Made by a program: the position numbers and the translations under genes. The notes under the pieces are model-generated. The model saw only the letters and a list, made by a program, of their open reading frames with translations. It made no database searches and was not told the DNA's origin. Shown piece by piece: positions 57,953 through 64,000 of a stretch of DNA of 64,000 nucleotides. Source of the stretch: a virus; the IMG/VR virus record IMGVR_UViG_3300025732_000026, positions 1-64,000 of that record, one strand, 5' to 3'. Position 1 is the stretch's first letter; every line of letters starts with the position of its first letter.

Positions 57953-60349
57953 ATGACGATAAAAACGATAATCAAAAGAAATGGCAATATCGAGGAATTT
58001 ATTCCTTCAAAATTAAACAAATGGGGTCAATGGGCAGCAAACAATCTAACAGATAGAGTAGATTGGTCCGAGATCATTTTAGAAACTGTTAAAAATTTAG
58101 ATGATTCTGTAACTTCTAAGAAACTTCAACAAACATTAATCAAAACTTGTATTCATAGAAAAGATTGGGCACATAATTTAATGGCGGGTAGATTATATGT
58201 TGCATTATCCAGAAAGGATATGTTTGGTAATAATATACCATCTGTCAAAGAAATGTTTGAAAAAATGCTAAAATTAGGATTAATGATAGAATTCAATTAT
58301 ACAGATGAAGATTATGTTGTAATTGAATCAATCATAGATCATTCCAAAGATTTTAATTTGACGCATTTTCAATTGAAGCATATTGAATCTAAATATGTTC
58401 TACAGAATAGATCAACTAGAAAAAAATATGAGACACCGCAGTTTACTTATATGCGAATGGCATGTGCCTTAGCACATGATGAACATCCAGAAAAACGATT
58501 GGAAATGATTCGAGATTGGTATAATCATTTTTCGGAAGGTAGAATAAGTCCACCGACTCCAAATTATGTAAATTTGGGAACACCTCATAGAGGATTTGCA
58601 TCTTGCTGTTTGTATTCGGTTGGAGATTCTGCTAAATCGCTTGCAGTAGGCGATCATATCGCCTACACAATGACATACATGTCTAGTGGTATTGGTGGAA
58701 TATTGCATACGAGATCAGTTGGAGATTCTGTTAAAAACGGTGCAATCGAACATCAAGGCAAACTTCCATATTTTAATTCCCTTGCAGGTGCAGTAAAAGC
58801 TAATTTACAAGGCGGTAGAGGCGGTGCTTGTACTAGCCACTATTCTAGTTATGATCCAGAAGCATTGACTATTTCACAGTTGCAGAATCCAAGATCAACT
58901 GAAGATAGACGAAACAGAGATATACATTTTTCAATGCTATGTAATCGATTATTTGCTAAAAAAGTAGCGGCAAATGAAGATATTTTTACATTCAATTGTT
59001 ATACTGCACCTGATTTATATGATGCTTTTTTCTCAGGCGATTCGAATGAATTTGAGAGAATATATGCAATATATGAGAGCAATCCTAAATTCAAGAAAAA
59101 TTATGTAAATGCTCGAAAATTTATAATAAATGCTACTCAACAGAGTTATGAAGTGGGCACTCATTATTTCGCTTTTATTGATGAGATTAATAGAAATACG
59201 CCTTTCAAAGAAAAAATTTATAGTTCAAATTTGTGTCAGGAAATTCTATTACCAACTTATCCATATGAGAATATAGTTGATTTATATAGAGAAGTTGATA
59301 ATGGTATATTTGAATATATGGACCATAACGATAATATTATAAAATTAAATTATAGTGATTGGGTCACAGATTCTAATGGAAAATTTACATTTGCGGGTAA
59401 TCTATCAAATGATCCAAAGGTAAAAAAGGTTCTCAAATCTATACCATCATCTGAAATCGCACTATGTACCTTAGCAAGTATAGCGGAATGTAATATAAAA
59501 AATGACGATGAATATCGATCCGTTGCTTATTATGCGTTGAAGATGATAGATAAATGCATCAATATGGCAAATTATGAATTGCCGCATATTGGATATACTG
59601 CAAAGAAGCGCATGAATGCTGCCGTAGGATTAATTGGAATCGCATATACGCTGGCTAAAAATAATTTAAAATATGATAGCGATGATGGACGCAAAAAGAT
59701 CCATGAAATATCAGAACGTCATATGTATTTTCTGATTGAACAGAGTTTAAAGATTGCTAAGGAAAGAGGTACCGCTGAGTGGATCAATAAAACTAAATGG
59801 CCAGACGGCTGGCTACCTATTGATACATATAAGAAAAATATAGATTCATTTGCTAATTTTGAATTGAAATATGATTGGGAAAAATTGAGACAGGATATTA
59901 TTGAAACTGGGGGAATTGGACATTCATCTTTAGTTGCACATATGCCAACTGAGGCATCATCCAAGGCAATTGGATTGCCTAATGGTGTATATCCTATACG
60001 AGAATTGGCCATGAAAAAATCAGATGCCAGTAATATTATTGATTGGTGCGCCAAAGATTCCGATATTTTAATAGATAAATATCAATCTGCATGGAAAATT
60101 TCATCTAAAGACATGATAAAAGTATATGCTATTATTCAGAAATTTACCGATCATGCTGGCAGTTGGGATTTATATAAGGATAGATCAGAATCAATTGATT
60201 TATCATCATCGGAAATGATAGAGGAATTTTTAGATATGGTTAAATTTGGAATTAAGACTCGATATTATCAGAATTCATTAACGTCAGACGCCGATGTTAA
60301 TACACAAAATAAAAAAACGGTTTGTGCGTCAGGTGCATGTGATGTATAA
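57953..60349 (+). CDS. nrdA: Ribonucleotide reductase class I alpha subunit
   Basis: ATP cone, ETPQF, PTP, ASCC, SNLCQE, ALC, MPTEASS, TRYY and C-terminal CASGAC. Confidence 0.95.
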   Translation: MTIKTIIKRNGNIEEFIPSKLNKWGQWAANNLTDRVDWSEIILETVKNLDDSVTSKKLQQTLIKTCIHRKDWAHNLMAGRLYVALSRKDMFGNNIPSVKEMFEKMLKLGLMIEFNYTDEDYVVIESIIDHSKDFNLTHFQLKHIESKYVLQNRSTRKKYETPQFTYMRMACALAHDEHPEKRLEMIRDWYNHFSEGRISPPTPNYVNLGTPHRGFASCCLYSVGDSAKSLAVGDHIAYTMTYMSSGIGGILHTRSVGDSVKNGAIEHQGKLPYFNSLAGAVKANLQGGRGGACTSHYSSYDPEALTISQLQNPRSTEDRRNRDIHFSMLCNRLFAKKVAANEDIFTFNCYTAPDLYDAFFSGDSNEFERIYAIYESNPKFKKNYVNARKFIINATQQSYEVGTHYFAFIDEINRNTPFKEKIYSSNLCQEILLPTYPYENIVDLYREVDNGIFEYMDHNDNIIKLNYSDWVTDSNGKFTFAGNLSNDPKVKKVLKSIPSSEIALCTLASIAECNIKNDDEYRSVAYYALKMIDKCINMANYELPHIGYTAKKRMNAAVGLIGIAYTLAKNNLKYDSDDGRKKIHEISERHMYFLIEQSLKIAKERGTAEWINKTKWPDGWLPIDTYKKNIDSFANFELKYDWEKLRQDIIETGGIGHSSLVAHMPTEASSKAIGLPNGVYPIRELAMKKSDASNIIDWCAKDSDILIDKYQSAWKISSKDMIKVYAIIQKFTDHAGSWDLYKDRSESIDLSSSEMIEEFLDMVKFGIKTRYYQNSLTSDADVNTQNKKTVCASGACDV

Positions 60350-60362
60350 GGATATAAAATAA

Positions 60363-61463
60363 ATGTTACTAAACGATAAAATATTTAATTTAGAGAAAAA
60401 AGATTATGTAATCCCATCCTTGTTTCTAGGTGAATCCATGGGATTTTTGGATTCAATCAATAAGCATTACCCAAATTTATTTGATCTATATAAGAAGATG
60501 AAATCCCAGGATTGGGATGAGAATGAATTCAATTTTACATCGTGCAATGTAGAATTTAAAACATGTCCAAAAAATATATATGATATGATGCTATTGACGT
60601 TGGCTTGGAAATGGGAAGCGGATTCAATCGCTTCAAGGAGCGTATTTGCTATTACGGCGCCATTCATTAGTTCAAATGAATTGAATTGTTTATGGCAGCG
60701 AATATCTGAAAATGAATGTTTACATGCATTAACATATTCGGAGATTGTTAGAAATTCTTTTGATAATTCCGCTGAGATATTGGATTATTTATCCACACTA
60801 AATAATGTTTTTGATAGATCATATATAGTAACGGAGATATTTGCATATACATTTGATATTGGACATAAATTATCGCTTGGATTAATTCCAAAAGATCAGA
60901 CAGCATACGATGCAATTTTTATGTTTGTTGTTACGTTATATTGTCTTGAGAGAATACAATTCATGGCCAGTTTTGCCGTGACATTTGCAATAGCAGATTC
61001 TGGTATATTTGTGCCTATCGGCAAAGCAGTACAGAAAATATGTAAGGATGAATTTGATATTCATGTTAAAGCATGTAAAACTATTTTAAACTATGAATTG
61101 GTGACTGAACGTGGCTTGATGACTTTTAATCGAATGAAACCTAAAATATCTGAATTATTAACATCAATAATAGAATCCGAGTTTAAATGGATTAATTACT
61201 TGTTCTCAGATGGTAGAGAATTGGTAGGAATGGATGCAGAATTATTGAAAAAGTGGGTATTATTTAATGCAGCAGATGTTTATAATTTTTTTGGAATACA
61301 ATCTAGTATTGAGTTGCCTAATAAAAATCCATTGGGATTTATTGAAGAATGGATTAATATAGATAAGATTCAAGGATCGCCACAGGAAGAGAAAACAGCG
61401 GCATATTTGGTAGGTGCTATAATTAATGATGATGAAGGTAAAATATATTCAACAGAATTTTAA
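60363..61463 (+). CDS. nrdB: Ribonucleotide reductase class I beta subunit
   Basis: W..ADS, ENECLHALTY, LERIQFMASF, DEFDIH, SPQE motifs. Confidence 0.93.
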   Translation: MLLNDKIFNLEKKDYVIPSLFLGESMGFLDSINKHYPNLFDLYKKMKSQDWDENEFNFTSCNVEFKTCPKNIYDMMLLTLAWKWEADSIASRSVFAITAPFISSNELNCLWQRISENECLHALTYSEIVRNSFDNSAEILDYLSTLNNVFDRSYIVTEIFAYTFDIGHKLSLGLIPKDQTAYDAIFMFVVTLYCLERIQFMASFAVTFAIADSGIFVPIGKAVQKICKDEFDIHVKACKTILNYELVTERGLMTFNRMKPKISELLTSIIESEFKWINYLFSDGRELVGMDAELLKKWVLFNAADVYNFFGIQSSIELPNKNPLGFIEEWINIDKIQGSPQEEKTAAYLVGAIINDDEGKIYSTEF

Positions 61464-61482
61464 TCACATATAGAGGAATTTT

Positions 61483-61728
61483 ATGATAGATTTGGAAGAT
61501 ATTGATTTTGAAACATTTTCAAATTGGCATCCAGCAGTACAAATAGTTGCAATAATTGTTTCATTTTTAGTATTAGCACCGTTGCTATTTGGAATATTTG
61601 CTTCGATTTCAATGATAATTTTTTTTGGAACTATTTGTGTTGGTATTGGTTTATTTTGTTTTACGATATTAGAAATAGTTGATAGATATAAATTGAAAAA
61701 AGATATTGACAATTTAACTAAATTATAA
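61483..61728 (+). CDS. Small membrane protein
   Basis: SD GAGG; long hydrophobic segment. Confidence 0.55.
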   Translation: MIDLEDIDFETFSNWHPAVQIVAIIVSFLVLAPLLFGIFASISMIIFFGTICVGIGLFCFTILEIVDRYKLKKDIDNLTKL

Positions 61729-61734
61729 TAGAAT
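61706..61734 (+). promoter_or_regulatory. Sigma70-type promoter for tRNA-Asn and the adjacent ncRNA
   Basis: TTGACA-17 nt-TAGAAT, 12 nt before the tRNA. Confidence 0.75.
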
Positions 61735-61746
61735 TCTATTATCAAT

Positions 61747-61836
61747 TCCGCCCGGACTGGCTAGGTGAAAGTCTCTGACTGTTAATCAGAAGGCGCAAGA
61801 AATTGCGGCGAGGTTCGAATCCTCGGAGCGGAGCCA
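61747..61836 (+). tRNA. tRNA-Asn(GTT) with a long variable arm
   Basis: TCTGA-CTGTTAA-TCAGA; variable arm CGCAA-GAAA-TTGCG; CGAGG-TTCGAAT-CCTCG; G73-CCA. Confidence 0.9.
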
Positions 61837-61841
61837 AGTTT

Positions 61842-62109
61842 AACATATTATGGAGGTAGGATTAGAGGCGTCCATCCTTTAAAGAGTAGTGATATGCGCG
61901 TGTAATCTGGGGATAGTTTACTCATATGAACCCCCTGAATGTCGAGTTTGACAAACTGGAATTATGAGCGAGAATATCTAAAGGCGAAGAAGTACACAAC
62001 AGTCGGTTTGTAATGTGATACAGAAGTCAAGGTATTAGAAAAAAGATTGCCTGGGCGAACGAACAAAAATGTCCAATAGCTTTTGGCGTAACAGCACACA
62101 TAATATGTT
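61842..62109 (+). ncRNA. Structured RNA containing a 23S rRNA GTPase-associated-centre (H43/H44) mimic with a 198-nt insert
   Basis: 11-bp closing stem AACATATTATG/CATAATATGTT around GAGGTAGGATTAGAGGCGTCCATCCTTTAAAGAGT...GCGTAACAGCACA. Confidence 0.75.
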
Positions 62110-62126
62110 TTTATTTTAGGAAATTT

Positions 62127-62501
62127 ATGAAAAAACTATTTGTTTTTGGAAGTAATTTACGTGGCGTTCATGGTGCAGGTGCAGCCAGATTTGCATTTGA
62201 CAATCATAATGCTAAATGGGGATGTGGTATAGGTAGAACGGGCGATTGTTATGCTATTCCTACAAAAGATGATAATATCAAAACATTGCCATTAAATGTG
62301 ATAAAAAATTATGTTGATGAATTTGTTCTTTATGCCAAAGAACATCCTGAGCTAATGTTCGAAGTTACTAAAATAGGTTGTGGATTAGCTGGATATAAAA
62401 ATAAAGATATAGCTCCTATGTTTCTTGATGCCCCGGAAAATTGTTTATTAGATGATGAATGGGTTAAAATAATAGATGAGTTAAAAATTAATGGAAATTA
62501 A
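62127..62501 (+). CDS. Conserved phage protein, macro-domain-like (A1S_2505 type)
   Basis: FVFGSNL.G.HGAGAA, YAIPT, VTKIGCGLAG motifs. Confidence 0.75.
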   Translation: MKKLFVFGSNLRGVHGAGAARFAFDNHNAKWGCGIGRTGDCYAIPTKDDNIKTLPLNVIKNYVDEFVLYAKEHPELMFEVTKIGCGLAGYKNKDIAPMFLDAPENCLLDDEWVKIIDELKINGN

Positions 62502-63015
62502 CGCCAAGGAATTAACTTGCGATTGGATAAAGACCTTCGCTGCAAGTGAAAATTTAGATTTGTATCATATGACATTAGTATATGATTTTTTCCAAAACGG
62601 AAATTTCCATGCTGACAACATAAATGCATTCTTTGCAACATTTTATATGCGAAGATTTTTACCATTTTTATTATCAACTAAAAATTATCATACAAATTTT
62701 CAACGAACTCGCCAACCAACAACATTCGCATTTGTATGTGATCACTTAAACAAAAACTCCGAAAAAGATCATATTTACAGTGGAAAGTTGTTTAATCATG
62801 CTATCGTATGTGTTCCAAATGCAATTAAGGATAAGACATGCGCACTTCTGGGTGTAGATACATTAACAAAAGAATTTTCAATTCCAAAAATATATAATAT
62901 TAAGTATTCTACTTTCAAAAAATGTGATGATGTCGCAATTGAAATTGCAACTAGAAGTATTTTCAAATACCCAAATTATCAAATTTTTTCACCCAAAGTA
63001 AAATTTAAAAAATGA
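62491..63015 (+). CDS. Hypothetical protein
   Basis: ORF overlapping the previous stop. Confidence 0.55.
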   Translation: MEINAKELTCDWIKTFAASENLDLYHMTLVYDFFQNGNFHADNINAFFATFYMRRFLPFLLSTKNYHTNFQRTRQPTTFAFVCDHLNKNSEKDHIYSGKLFNHAIVCVPNAIKDKTCALLGVDTLTKEFSIPKIYNIKYSTFKKCDDVAIEIATRSIFKYPNYQIFSPKVKFKK

Positions 63016-63044
63016 AATTGGAGAAATTATGGGCAAAATAATTT

Positions 63045-63073
63045 TTGACAGTAATAAATTTTTGATATACAAT
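63045..63073 (+). promoter_or_regulatory. Sigma70-type early promoter
   Basis: TTGACA-17 nt-TACAAT; sequence similar to the promoter at 22830. Confidence 0.7.
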
Positions 63074-63218
63074 GAACTTATATTGATTAATAAATGTGAG
63101 AGAATGAAATGAAAAATTTAATTGAGAATAAAGTATTGATAGTGATTTTCTTGATATCAGTATTCTGTTTTGTTGCAGTTCTCGTACAGCAACTTAATAA
63201 TTATTTCGGAGATTAAAA

Positions 63219-63437
63219 ATGTTTATTATGTTTAGTACAATTGTTGTATGTGTTTCAATATTGATAATGCTTATCATCACTCAAGAAAACATATCATTAC
63301 CTAAAAGTTTAGAACTATTAATTTTAATTTTAATGTTTTCTTCAATTATTGTGATCGAATCCGGGTTTGAGTATTTGTTAGATTATGATTCCCTACAACT
63401 GGAATTTAAAGAATACAAATTGGCACAAACTAAATGA
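63219..63437 (+). CDS. Small membrane protein
   Basis: SD GGAG; two hydrophobic segments. Confidence 0.55.
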   Translation: MFIMFSTIVVCVSILIMLIITQENISLPKSLELLILILMFSSIIVIESGFEYLLDYDSLQLEFKEYKLAQTK

Positions 63438-64000
63438 AAATAAATGGTAAAGAATTGGAAAAATCTTTTATTTTTCCAGCGGGTGAAGTACAAATAAAAT
63501 TACCTAAATTCCACATTAATGGTAAAGAAAATAAAATAGTAGTGGAAACAGTTATCGATTCATCTGATAAAATTATGGAATTGCTTCTAGTCAAAGAAGC
63601 GTTAGATAATTATTATTCTTGTTATTATACTAAATTGATTCTACATTATTTACCATATGCTAGACAAGATAGACGTTGTGCAGATGATGAATCATTTGCT
63701 GGTAAAGTTGCAATTGAATTGATTGATAATCTATGTTTTTCTGAAATTGAAATAGCAGATATACATAATGTGAATTTACTGAATCATTTTATTCGAACTA
63801 AAGTTAAACATATTTCGGTATTGGATATCATAACAAAAAATAGTGATATTCTTCAATATGTTAATACTATAATTGCGCCCGATAAGGGCGCATTGGATAA
63901 AGTAAAGGAAATAGCTGACACATATAAAAAAGATTTTCTATTCGCAACCAAAAAACGAGATGTAAATACTGGTAAAATTACTGATTTATGTTTTGAATTC
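63434..64000 (+). CDS. prs: Ribose-phosphate pyrophosphokinase, 3'-truncated by the window edge
   Basis: Manual translation: FPAGEVQ, YLPYARQDRRC, DIHN, IIAPDKGA, KKRDVNTGKI. Confidence 0.88.
   Translation, partial: MKINGKELEKSFIFPAGEVQIKLPKFHINGKENKIVVETVIDSSDKIMELLLVKEALDNYYSCYYTKLILHYLPYARQDRRCADDESFAGKVAIELIDNLCFSEIEIADIHNVNLLNHFIRTKVKHISVLDIITKNSDILQYVNTIIAPDKGALDKVKEIADTYKKDFLFATKKRDVNTGKITDLCFEF

Noticed and set aside
61888-62085. Canonical group I intron
   Set aside because: Boundaries fit U|...G, but no convincing P7 G-binding site or S element is visible; kept only as a hypothesis.
61853-62098. Host 23S rRNA contamination or chimeric assembly
   Set aside because: Similarity is limited to H43/H44, carries compensatory changes and is enclosed by an AT-rich non-rRNA stem; flanks are phage-like, so it is not called rRNA.
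62491-63015. HUH endonuclease/relaxase
   Set aside because: NHAIV is only a partial HUH motif and no catalytic Tyr motif is evident.

Overview
AT-rich fragment of a large T4-like (Tevenvirinae-related, non-enteric type) myovirus genome, standard genetic code. It runs: head genes (gp67/68-like, gp21, gp22, gp23), an inverted accessory block with thyX and two CAT-anticodon tRNAs, gp3-uvsY-uvsW, gp55-gp47-gp46, peptide deformylase, a putative DNA-glycosylation locus, the replisome (gp45-44-62-regA, gp43, uvsX, gp41), an ~8.6 kb sugar-modification cluster, late/internal head proteins, endolysin, primase, nrdAB, tRNA-Asn and a partial prs. Most striking observation: a ~270 nt non-coding RNA next to tRNA-Asn (61842-62109) that reproduces the 23S rRNA GTPase-associated centre (H43/H44, the L11/thiostrepton site) with compensatory base changes, closed by a perfect 11-bp stem and carrying a 198-nt insert. 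Also notable: gp41 helicase fractured by a naturally split intein with a free-standing endonuclease between the halves; a -1 frame break in gp43; a candidate sRNA with an anti-Shine-Dalgarno loop; several hairpin clusters. All calls come from reading motifs by eye, without database searches. Family names for hypothetical proteins are tentative.
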